A stretch of 62,491 nt of DNA, filler included, from Aduncisulcus paluster (lineage: Eukaryota): NCBI GenBank assembly GCA_024181965.1. It is 8 parts of 8 records of this genome, joined end to end, with 100 filler letters (N's around TTAATTAATTAA, not from the genome) between each part and the next. Parts side by side here need not be neighbours in the genome. Positions count along the whole stretch, not along the records: positions 16,969 to 22,906 come from BQXS01010926.1; positions 23,007 to 29,385 come from BQXS01010927.1; positions 29,486 to 37,139 come from BQXS01010928.1; 5 more parts are not named here. One strand, 5' to 3'. The stretch's first letter is position 1; each line of letters opens with the position of its first letter. The notes under the pieces were generated by a model, which searched no databases, was not told where the DNA came from, and saw only the letters and a list, made by a program, of their open reading frames with translations. The position numbers and the translations under genes are program-made. Positions 20,648 through 30,054 of the stretch are shown here, piece after piece.

Positions 20648-22424
20648 AAAATCAGTTGTTTGATCTTGCTCTCTTTCTCTTTTAGTACAGTACAGTACAA
20701 TAGTTGGTCTTTCAAATGATTGGTTATCTTTCTTACTTTATGAGTAGGTTGTCTGAAATGTTTATTCTATTATTCTTGGTTGTTTATGCAGTATATTTAG
20801 ATGCAGGGCTTTGTTCCTCACACAAATTGGGCAGTGCATTTTGATATTTGTTTCTTGAGGGTAGATATTTATAATTATTATTTTGTCCGGTATTAATTTG
20901 AATATAAATATTTAATTTTTTTTTTTTTTTCCACCATTTTTATCCATTTAATTTTATTGACGAATTTGGATTCTTGATTTCTATTTCAATTTGGAGCGAG
21001 GAACTTTTATTATTGTTTTATGTATGTCAATAATTGAAGCATTCTTTTCTCTAAATTTGGAAATATTTGTTTTTGTTATTTAAAATACTATGAATATTTG
21101 TGGCTTATTATTATTATTATCCGAATGCTTTCTCGGGGGCTTTTATATTATTATTTTAAATTAATTTTCTATTTTTCTACAACTATTATGACCTTTTTTT
21201 CATTAGAAATTACTTATTTATATAAATATTATATCTATATGTATGTTTTTATACCACATATGTTTACTATCATCTCTCTAAATGTCGAACGGAGTATAGT
21301 ATAGTATAGTATATCTTTTTTTTATTTAGATTTATTGAGGTATGCTAAGTATGATTTTTGTTTGATTTTTTCTTTTTTTGTTCTCTAAACGATTTCTCTC
21401 CGTTTTGTATATATATAACTAAACGATGTAATTTTTGTTCTGTTATAATTTTCTCATTCGTAGTATGAATCATGCTAAAAGGAGACATTATCTACAATAC
21501 AGATTCTACGTTGCCCCATTCCTCTCTTTCTGAGATAGTGTATGGTATAATATGAGGAGAATAACCATCGGGATGAGCATCTTTGTCTGCCTTTTTGAGC
21601 TTTGTTTCAAGAACTATATTTAGTAGAGAATATTAACTCGAAACAAAATGAAGCGAAAAATTTTTAAGTGGTGATATATGTTTTTGTTGCGATAGTAAAA
21701 AAAAAAAAAAAAAAGTGAGAAGGAATTTGCATGTTCATGCTGACTCTGAATTGATATCGAGGATATCAACCAAATAATCAGTTGTAGTGAATCCAAGGAA
21801 AAGGTGTCAAAATATCACTATTCATACAGATCTTTTCTGAAATTCGTATTTATCTCAGAAAGAACAAATTCAAAAGCACAAAATCTTCAGTGAAGAGTGA
21901 AAAATCACTCATGTACTGACCAATATAATGATAGAGAGTTCTATATTGAATTCAACACGGACTACTCTGTCTCACATCAGAACTTCTACCACCCGGTGGT
22001 AAATGGGCCATTTACACTTCTAAATTTGAAATGTGAGAACCTATCTTATATTTTGGATATAGTCCCAAATTATTGTAAAATTTCCTTTAGGATCCCATTA
22101 AAGTCAATAAAATTGATTCAGTATCATTATAGGCCTTAGAAATATAAAAATGTGTAAAAATGACCATTGATGAGTTAAAATCATGTTACTTTCGAAAAAA
22201 TATTATATTGATGGTCAATATGGATATTACATCTGTTATAAAAAATCTAAGTGGTCCAAAACTCTCAACTTACTTTTTTTTGCCACTATCAAACCATCTG
22301 ATACTAGTCAAGGGTAGTATTGGGTATAAGTATGTATTATTTGCTTTTTTATTCCCTTGATGTGATTTTTTTATCCCCATTTCATCCCCATTCATTCATT
22401 TTCTCATTTTCAATCAAATAGACC

Positions 22425-22906
22425 ATGAATCTCTTCACTTGTTTTGACTCAAAATCGAATTTTCTCACTAAAATATTGGCATCTATTTTTTTAACACCAA
22501 GTTACGATCATTCGATTTCAATTCAACCCCCAGACGAATCCTTCAATCTTTTATCGTCATTGTTTCAAATCGACATCTTTCCATCATTTTCCTCTGAGAA
22601 TAATACAATGACATTTCCATATTTCCGTCTTTTTGACCAATGTGGCTCTTCCTCCTCTTGTTGTCACGATCCTTCTGGAAAAGTTACTTTTAGCCGTTCC
22701 TCTCCATTTTCTTCCACCAATATAACGAAGACTCCACATATGCCATGTTCTGACCATGTATCACCTCATTCTTTGGGTGACACTTTTATGATGTCTCCCA
22801 TGACATCTCTTCCTACCTTGTTCATGATTCTATTCCTCGTAATTCCTTGTTTGTCCTGTACACAACGAATCCAAACGGGTTTGTCCATTTTTATTCTCCT
22901 CACTAC
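22425..22906 (+). CDS. Hypothetical membrane protein N-terminus, truncated by the contig edge
   Basis: ATG-initiated frame running into the gap; hydrophobic segments LPTLFMILFLVIPCL and GLSIFILLT; the matching antisense frame contains several stops. Confidence 0.45.
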
Positions 22907-23006
22907 NNNNNNNNNNNNNNNNNNNNNNNNNNNNNNNNNNNNNNNNNNNNTTAATTAATTAANNNNNNNNNNNNNNNNNNNNNNNNNNNNNNNNNNNNNN
23001 NNNNNN
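22907..23006. other. Artificial contig-joining spacer
   Basis: N44-TTAATTAATTAA-N44. Confidence 0.97.
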
Positions 23007-24014
23007 CTTCAACCATTGGGAAAGCTCCACTCAACTGCACCATTGGATTCTTCCCATTCACACCCCCATTCTCTCTCTCCTTTCTCTACACAGTCCCCCT
23101 CTTCTGTCCGATTGAGTTATATTCCAAGGAGGGTGTTTCAACAAATCTCCCCCGAAAAAGCCTTGTCAAGTGATTATATCCGACTTTCACCAACATCTCA
23201 CAGCGACATAGTTTCCTCGAGAGGCTCTAGATCGTTATCTTTTGACGACTGGAGTGATAACTTGGATGAACAATTTGACTCTCCCTCCCGAATACTCAAC
23301 TCAAGTTCAAGACCTACTTCCGCGACGACTCGAGAACCACTCCAATCTCAACACCATAGTGTCCAACCACATAGAGCAAGGGATAAAGCACAACAACATC
23401 ATGTTACACACATTCATTCCCACCCGAGTGACCACCGTCATCTCTCTGTTGTTGACACGAGTAGGTATCAGACTGACCTTGACCGTGATCTCATGGCAGA
23501 ACTTGATGATCCACCTCAGACAATAGTATCGCACGAGTCTTCTATAAAAGATGTAGCTGCATCCATGAGACATGCACAGGCACAGCCCATGAACTCAATG
23601 GAGATGGACTGTCTCCCTCAGACAACTTCTTCTCTCTCAGCTCGATTCAAGGCAATGTCCTGCAAGACATCCCCTATCCATCAACAAACAGTTCCACTGC
23701 ACCATCAATACCAACTATCAGAAGAAACCAAAGGATTGTCATTGTGCCATGCTGATGGCGGTGATCATGAACAACAGAGTGGAAGTTCTATCCAGTATCG
23801 TGATAATAAGATCCTTGTAAATCAGGGGAAAAGAAGAACAAGCTCTGATTCCTATGCTCAGAGTTCTCCTGCACATTCGGCATTCCTCTCTGTGTGTGTG
23901 CCTCCAAGATTATATTTCTCTTCACTCGAATTCATTTCTCTTGGACGTCGGCTGAGCGATTATGAAGTCGAAAAAACTCTTCACTTTATGAGAAATCAAT
24001 CTGAAAAGAAATGA
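23007..24014 (+). CDS. C-terminal fragment of a Ser/His-rich hypothetical protein
   Basis: Frame open from the contig start for more than 330 codons, ending in TGA followed by AT-rich UTR. Confidence 0.7.
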   Translation, partial: LQPLGKLHSTAPLDSSHSHPHSLSPFSTQSPSSVRLSYIPRRVFQQISPEKALSSDYIRLSPTSHSDIVSSRGSRSLSFDDWSDNLDEQFDSPSRILNSSSRPTSATTREPLQSQHHSVQPHRARDKAQQHHVTHIHSHPSDHRHLSVVDTSRYQTDLDRDLMAELDDPPQTIVSHESSIKDVAASMRHAQAQPMNSMEMDCLPQTTSSLSARFKAMSCKTSPIHQQTVPLHHQYQLSEETKGLSLCHADGGDHEQQSGSSIQYRDNKILVNQGKRRTSSDSYAQSSPAHSAFLSVCVPPRLYFSSLEFISLGRRLSDYEVEKTLHFMRNQSEKK

Positions 24015-24579
24015 AAAACATAATTTATGTTACTCTTAAATTTCAATCAACACTACATACATATCTCACGATATTTCTCGGACAATTCTGATCATAAAAT
24101 CTCGGAGATATTGACAACACAACAACCATAACCTATACTATACATTAATCCATACAATTATATACTGTACTTACATACTATTAAATTTACATGTTTAAAT
24201 TCACTGCTCGCGTTATACCTGGTCACACAAACTCTGTCATTTCCACCTCGCCCCTGTTCAAATATTTATACAATTGCGTCTCATATTAGGGTTTTACTTG
24301 CAATATTCCAATATTATTGATGTTGATATTTCTTGTTGTTTTATTATTCCAGACAATAGAAGAAATTCATCAAGTCTCCGTTTTTCGGAATATAAATCCT
24401 TAATATGACAATAAAAAAATAGAGTAAAATTCCATTATTTATGATTTTAGAAAATAAAAGTCATATTCACGCTTTTATTCACGAGGTTTTTTGTTTTTGC
24501 CAGTTTTGGTGACCTAGAGCCTTTATCTTATCTCTTAAATACTATATTCTAAATTTAATATACATATAAATTTGATATT

Positions 24580-25224
24580 ATGAGTTCAAAAGAAGATATT
24601 ACATTAGCTCCAAATTATGGATCTCTAGAGTTTTGGAAATCACGCTATGACGAAAAATCCACAATTTCAGCAGAAGAATTTTATTGTTCATATGATGCAT
24701 TAAAACATATAATTGAAAAGCATGCGGACTTATCAGCAGAGATACTGATTCTTGGAGTTGGAGCTTCAACCATACCCTCAGAACTTTATGACGATGGATA
24801 TTCATGTATTACTGCCATAGATTATTTAGAAAGTATTATTCGTATGCAAAGAGTCAAAAATAGAAGGCGAAAAGGGATAGAATTCCGTCCTATGGATATT
24901 TGTTCACTCGAGTTTCCTGCTGAGACATTCGATTTTGTTTTCGATAAAGCCACAATAGACAGTTTATTATGTTCAAGTGATGGATATGAAAAAGCGATTA
25001 CCTGTGTTGCCGAAGCAAATAGAGTTTTGAAACCAAATGGCACTTTTATTTTTGTTTCTCACTCTGGTCCAATGTCCAGATTACCTCTCTTGAGACAAGA
25101 TAAAAGTTTAGATGTAAAATGGAAAAGTATATTCTATGTAACTACTCCTAGGACTATGGGCGTTGGTTTAATCGACACTCCTTCAGTATATGGACATTAT
25201 TTCATATATATTGCAAAAAAATAG
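24580..25224 (+). CDS. Class I SAM methyltransferase, EEF1AKMT4/METTL13-N family
   Basis: NYGSLEFWKSRY; ILILGVGAS; ITAIDY; MDICSLEF..ETFDFVFDKATIDSLLC; RVLKPNGTFIFVS. Confidence 0.88.
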   Translation: MSSKEDITLAPNYGSLEFWKSRYDEKSTISAEEFYCSYDALKHIIEKHADLSAEILILGVGASTIPSELYDDGYSCITAIDYLESIIRMQRVKNRRRKGIEFRPMDICSLEFPAETFDFVFDKATIDSLLCSSDGYEKAITCVAEANRVLKPNGTFIFVSHSGPMSRLPLLRQDKSLDVKWKSIFYVTTPRTMGVGLIDTPSVYGHYFIYIAKK

Positions 25225-25511
25225 GTATTCTTCCCATATTAATTATTTCATGTATATTTTAAATTTAATAAAAACATCTGATTTATAACTAAAACGGCTT
25301 GATAACCGTGTTTTTGTCACAGTTTCAGAATTTTATAAATCAGATAAAATATTATTCTTGTCATATAAAAATATATATATCTTAATTTTATAATATTATC
25401 ATTTCTTGTATGTTTTTTCCTAGAATTATTTTTGCGTTGACAATTAGTTCTTATTGTCGATTATTTTTACAATTCCTAATTTATATTTTATGAATTAATA
25501 TTCATTAGAAT

Positions 25512-27605
25512 ATGGCCGAATCATTATCTTCATCACAAGCTGAAACTGAAAAGGTATCATTATCACCACTTCCAACTGAATTTGCAGAAGAAACTTCAAT
25601 ATCAACAAAATTAAAAGGTGCATATATTCATCCTCAGGCTATTTTAGCTTCAATATCAGTAAGAACAGATTGTTTACGCTCAGAGGATGACATTATCTCC
25701 GAACTTAAACATTTCAAAGAATATTATGATAAAATTGTTCTTATTTTGCTTAAAAGTCTTAAATGTATTGATGATTCCGGTACAGATTCCACCGAAGATA
25801 TATCTTCCACCATTGTTGAATCCCTGTCTTCTTTGCCGCCCGTCCCCAAAGTCCATCCCATTGAGAGCGATCTTGATGCCCGCAATACACATATTTTATT
25901 ATCAGCAGATTCATATCCAAGTGAATGGGTTACAATGCATGAACTAAGAGATATTATTAAATTATCCAAAAAGAACGCTCGTCATGCCAAATCTGTCCTG
26001 TCTACCCCCGATCAGTATACAAAAGAAGACATTTCCGCCGCTCAAAAAGTGTTTGATTCCATCCAATCGTACAAGCAACTCAAATGGATTCTTAACATTC
26101 CAAAACCAATCCAAGAGTCGATAGTTGAAGAAATTATGGGTGTATATTCCCAAACAATCCATCATATGACTCAAATAGGCCATTCAATTCAAGCCTTGGA
26201 GTCTTTTAAGAAAGCGGAGATATCTTCTCTCCGCCAAGATTATGAAGAGAGGCTCAAGGCTTGCCAAGATGAAATAGATAGAGGAAAAGCTGAAATACTC
26301 AAGGCTAGGACCACTCTTGAGGAAGATATGAAACAAATGCATGCAAAGGAAACCAATATGATTGGTGAGTTAAAAGAAGAGGTGTCCAAATTACAATTGG
26401 AGCTTCAAGAACGTCATAAAACAGAAGAATCAGTTGCTCGCACTCACAAGCAGTTCAAACAACGGGCAAATATAGCCACTCAAGAACTCACGTCGGCGCT
26501 TGAGTCTGAAAAACAAAAGATTCTTCAATTGACAACTTCATGGGCAAAAGAGAAAGAGAAACTCCAATCCAAGCTTGATGCCGAAATCAAACGTCGTGAA
26601 CTCGTTGAAAAAAGGGAACGAGAAGGTAAATTAACTTGGGAACGAGAGAAGGAGCTATTTAGACTTCGAGAAGAAGAATCACAGAAAGAAGTTGAGAAAA
26701 AAATTCAAGATCAACAGACTCAGCTCCAAGGAGCAAAATCAGAGTCTGTTCACACCGAATCTACCTTATTCGAGCAAGAAAGAGTTCGTTGGCAAACGGA
26801 GAAGAGCAATCTTGTTCATGTGATAAATGAATTAAAATTGAGGCTCAGTATCATGTCTGATGTGAATGCAATCGATGAGGTTGATTCGGGTGTCGTCATT
26901 GGCAGAGAGCAGACAGCAATTCAGTCATCTCCAATTGTCATATCTCCAGAACCTCCCGTATATGATAAGGATACTGTTTCTCACCCTTCCTCCACTCCGG
27001 CAATCACAACATCAACGATGATTACGTCTTCATCAACGATGATTACGTCTTCATCACAACCCGGAACAAGTACAAGTGGTGGCACTGTGTATGGAAGCAC
27101 GATTACTCCAGCTTCAGCTGTTGCTTCTCTTTCAGTGGAAACATTCCCCCCATCTTCACATGGTGTTAATCCTTCATATCCTTCGATGCCACAACCCTCT
27201 GTCGCTGCTCTTACATCTGAACTTGAGGCAGTTAAATCAGAGAATACATCAATCAGGGAGACATTGGCAGTTCTACAGGAAGAACTCGCCAAGGCTGACA
27301 CTTGTGACCAATATGTCCATACAGCTCGTGAGATGGAACATTTAAAACGAGTTGTCGTTGCCATGCTCTGCGACGAATGGATTGATGAAAAAGCAACTGA
27401 AACCGAATCGGGATACTTTTCATTTTCTTCTCAATCGTCAAAAGGGTGTGCACTGGAACTTGTCCCTGTTCTGGCTCATTTACTGCATCTATCAGAGGAA
27501 GAAATGAATAGAGTGCAAGTAGCTATCGAGAAAAGGTCAGAAGGAGTTGTTGGGAAGGTTGTTGGAAGTGGTAAATCATTGTGGAATCGTATGTTCGGAA
27601 AGTAG
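25512..27605 (+). CDS. Coiled-coil golgin with C-terminal GRIP-like domain
   Basis: Long heptad coiled coil; C-terminal EHLKRVVVAML...LVPVLAHLLHLSEEE matches the GRIP pattern EYLKNV...LLPVI..LL.FS.EE; terminal aromatic tail LWNRMFGK. Confidence 0.7.
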   Translation: MAESLSSSQAETEKVSLSPLPTEFAEETSISTKLKGAYIHPQAILASISVRTDCLRSEDDIISELKHFKEYYDKIVLILLKSLKCIDDSGTDSTEDISSTIVESLSSLPPVPKVHPIESDLDARNTHILLSADSYPSEWVTMHELRDIIKLSKKNARHAKSVLSTPDQYTKEDISAAQKVFDSIQSYKQLKWILNIPKPIQESIVEEIMGVYSQTIHHMTQIGHSIQALESFKKAEISSLRQDYEERLKACQDEIDRGKAEILKARTTLEEDMKQMHAKETNMIGELKEEVSKLQLELQERHKTEESVARTHKQFKQRANIATQELTSALESEKQKILQLTTSWAKEKEKLQSKLDAEIKRRELVEKREREGKLTWEREKELFRLREEESQKEVEKKIQDQQTQLQGAKSESVHTESTLFEQERVRWQTEKSNLVHVINELKLRLSIMSDVNAIDEVDSGVVIGREQTAIQSSPIVISPEPPVYDKDTVSHPSSTPAITTSTMITSSSTMITSSSQPGTSTSGGTVYGSTITPASAVASLSVETFPPSSHGVNPSYPSMPQPSVAALTSELEAVKSENTSIRETLAVLQEELAKADTCDQYVHTAREMEHLKRVVVAMLCDEWIDEKATETESGYFSFSSQSSKGCALELVPVLAHLLHLSEEEMNRVQVAIEKRSEGVVGKVVGSGKSLWNRMFGK
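27010..27056 (+). repeat. 21-bp in-frame tandem repeat (STMITSS x2)
   Basis: catcaacgatgattacgtctt twice, plus a partial catca. Confidence 0.9.
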
Positions 27606-27746
27606 AGGTCAAATGAGAAAAATAAAAAAATATTCTTAACCTAACATATTCAATAAATCACTTTATGCTACAATTTTGCTTGATTTTTCAGATTCTTTAG
27701 GCTCTTTCAAATCACCATCATTTCTTGACGAATAGGGTGATTTACC

Positions 27747-29168
27747 ATGAACGCCGATGATATTGAAATTATTCGTAGACAAGCCACTGTAAATGTGGGT
27801 ACTATTGGCCATGTCGCCCATGGAAGTATGTTTTTTTTTATGTTTTTTTCGTGATTGCTATTCATCATTCTGAATTGGGCTTATTTTCGTTTTTGGCTAT
27901 GATTTTTGCTTCAATTTTATTTAGAATCGACTGTTGTTAAAGCCATATCAACCGTCCATACAGTTCGTTTTAAGACTGAGCTCACAAGGAATATCACTAT
28001 CAAGTTGGGATATGCCAATGCTAAAATTTTTAAATGCCCTAATTGTCCAGCTCCTTCATGTTATAAATCATTTGGAAGTAGTCAGCCTGACAAGCCTCCC
28101 TGTGATAAGTGTGGATCTGCTATGGATCTCGTGCGTCATATTTCATTCGTTGATACTCCTGGACACGATGTGTTGATGGCTACTATGCTCAATGGAGCTG
28201 CTGTTATGGATGCTGCCCTCCTTCTTATTGCTGCCAATGAACCCTGTCCACAACCGCAGACAATGGAACATCTTGCTGCTGTTGAGATCATGAGACTTGA
28301 AAATATCATCGTTCTCCAGAATAAGATTGATTTAATTGATATTAAAGAGGCTAAAAAACAATACAAGGATATTAAAGCATTCCTCAAGGATGGGATAGCC
28401 AAAGATTCTCCCATCATCCCAATCTCTGCCCAGCTCGGCTATAACATTGATATCGTCAACCAATACCTTGTTGAGACTATTCCTACTCCCTCCCGTGACT
28501 TTGAAAGCCCCCCACGTTTGATTGTGATCAGGAGTTTCGATGTTAATTCTCCGGGAACTGAAGTGAGGGATCTCAAGGGTGGTGTCGCTGGAGGATCATT
28601 ATTCCAGGGTATCTTCCGTGTTGGCCAACGTATCGAGGTCCGTCCTGGACTTATCGCCAAGAAGGAAACCGGTGAGTGGGAGTGCACTCCGATCTTTAGT
28701 ACCATCCGATCCCTTCTCTCCGAGCGCAATCCTCTTGAGTTTGCTATCCCCGGAGGTCTCATTGGAATTGGGACAGATATCGATCCAGCCCTCACTCGTC
28801 AAGACAGACTTGTTGGACATGTCGTCGGAAGTGTGGGTTCCCTCCCCTCCGTTATGAGTGTCGTTGAAGTTGAAGCCAAGCTCCTCACCAAGTTGTTGGG
28901 TGTGAAGACCGGCAAGAGTGAGAGACTGAAGGTTGTGTCGAAGCTCGAGGAAGACGAGAAGTTATTGCTTAATATTGGAAGTACAAGTGTCATCGGAAAG
29001 GTCACAACTGTCGAGACTGAACAAGATAGCATCAAGGCAACAGTTGTCCTTACCAACACTATCGTGTGTTGTGATGTGGGTGAGAAGGTTGCTCTGTCAA
29101 GGAAGGTCGCTAAACATTGGAGGTTAGTCGGATGGGGTCGTATTATTGGTGGAAAGAGCATATTATAG
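27747..29168 (+). CDS. EIF2S3: Translation initiation factor eIF2 gamma; exons 27747-27825 and 27925-29168
   Basis: Splicing restores [51 protein letters not shown] and HWRLVGWG motifs. Confidence 0.97.
27826..27924 (+). other. Spliceosomal intron (99 nt, phase 1, splits the P-loop Lys codon)
   Basis: GTATGTTTTT...TTTATTTAG; retention gives an in-frame TGA; removal restores the Walker A motif GHVAHGKS. Confidence 0.95.
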
Positions 29169-29192
29169 ACAAATTTTGAACGAATCATATTA

Positions 29193-29348
29193 GGGGATAT
29201 TCCGAATAGGCCCCCTATTTCGAAATAAATTATAATTTTGAAATTACCCCCCTATTTTAGTTTATTGGGCGCCAATAAACTTTATTGGTGGGATATTTCA
29301 TTTATTACTTTTTTATTTCGAAATTACCCCCCTATTCGGAATATCCCC
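29193..29348. mobile_element. 156-bp MITE-like non-autonomous DNA transposon
   Basis: Perfect 18-bp TIR GGGGATATTCCGAATAGG / CCTATTCGGAATATCCCC; flanking direct repeat TATTA (29188-29192 and 29349-29353); no coding capacity. Confidence 0.8.
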
Positions 29349-29385
29349 TATTATTGAATTAAAAGGCGGATGCATTTATTAGGGA

Positions 29386-29485
29386 NNNNNNNNNNNNNNN
29401 NNNNNNNNNNNNNNNNNNNNNNNNNNNNNTTAATTAATTAANNNNNNNNNNNNNNNNNNNNNNNNNNNNNNNNNNNNNNNNNNNN
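29386..29485. other. Artificial contig-joining spacer
   Basis: N44-TTAATTAATTAA-N44. Confidence 0.97.
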
Positions 29486-30054
29486 ATCCCATCACTCGCA
29501 GAGAAAGAGGAATCCATCCCATGGGGAGCTCTTGGCGTCCTCAGAGGAGTGCCAGGAGACATCGACCCAGACATCCCTCCGAAGGCCGTGGAAGGGGTGG
29601 ATTGTGCACCAGAGAAATGAACGTGGCGCTGAGAGGACGAAGGACGGACACTCCCAAGTTCATGAATGCCCGAGACAGGCGTCCCAGAGGATTCCATCCC
29701 ACTGGCTCCATAGGGAGTCATATTCATGGCGGGGGTGAAACTGGCAATGGGGGTCGCAAATCGAGACACGAATGGCGAGGACGCAACATATTTTGGGGTC
29801 CTCAAATGACTCCCAAACCGAGGAGTGGGGACATATTTATGCTGCGACACCTTCTCGCTCGTGTCCTGGGGTTCAGCAAACGTGACCCTGCGATGGGTTG
29901 AAGCTTTCCTCTTCACAGCTCCCTCATGCACAGAAGAGGGATGGGGAGAGTTCGTGCTTGCAACGGACGGCTCAAAGAAGCCAACTCTCTTGGGACTATC
30001 GTGAGGCAATGGCGGTGGTAGTGTGAATATAGATTTAAATATCTTTAATAACAA
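29486..30054 (-). other. GC-rich open frame (Ser/Thr/Pro-rich) without an early ATG; possible repeat or transposon fragment
   Basis: About 190 open codons running into the contig edge; abrupt rise in GC at about 30023; first ATG lies far downstream. Confidence 0.35.

Noticed and set aside
21098..22360. Short ORFs 21098-21304, 21897-22139 and 22160-22360
   Set aside because: AT-rich, non-ATG or very short, with no recognisable motifs; consistent with chance.
29379..29385. TTAGGGA at a contig end as telomere
   Set aside because: Single unit only; no tandem array.
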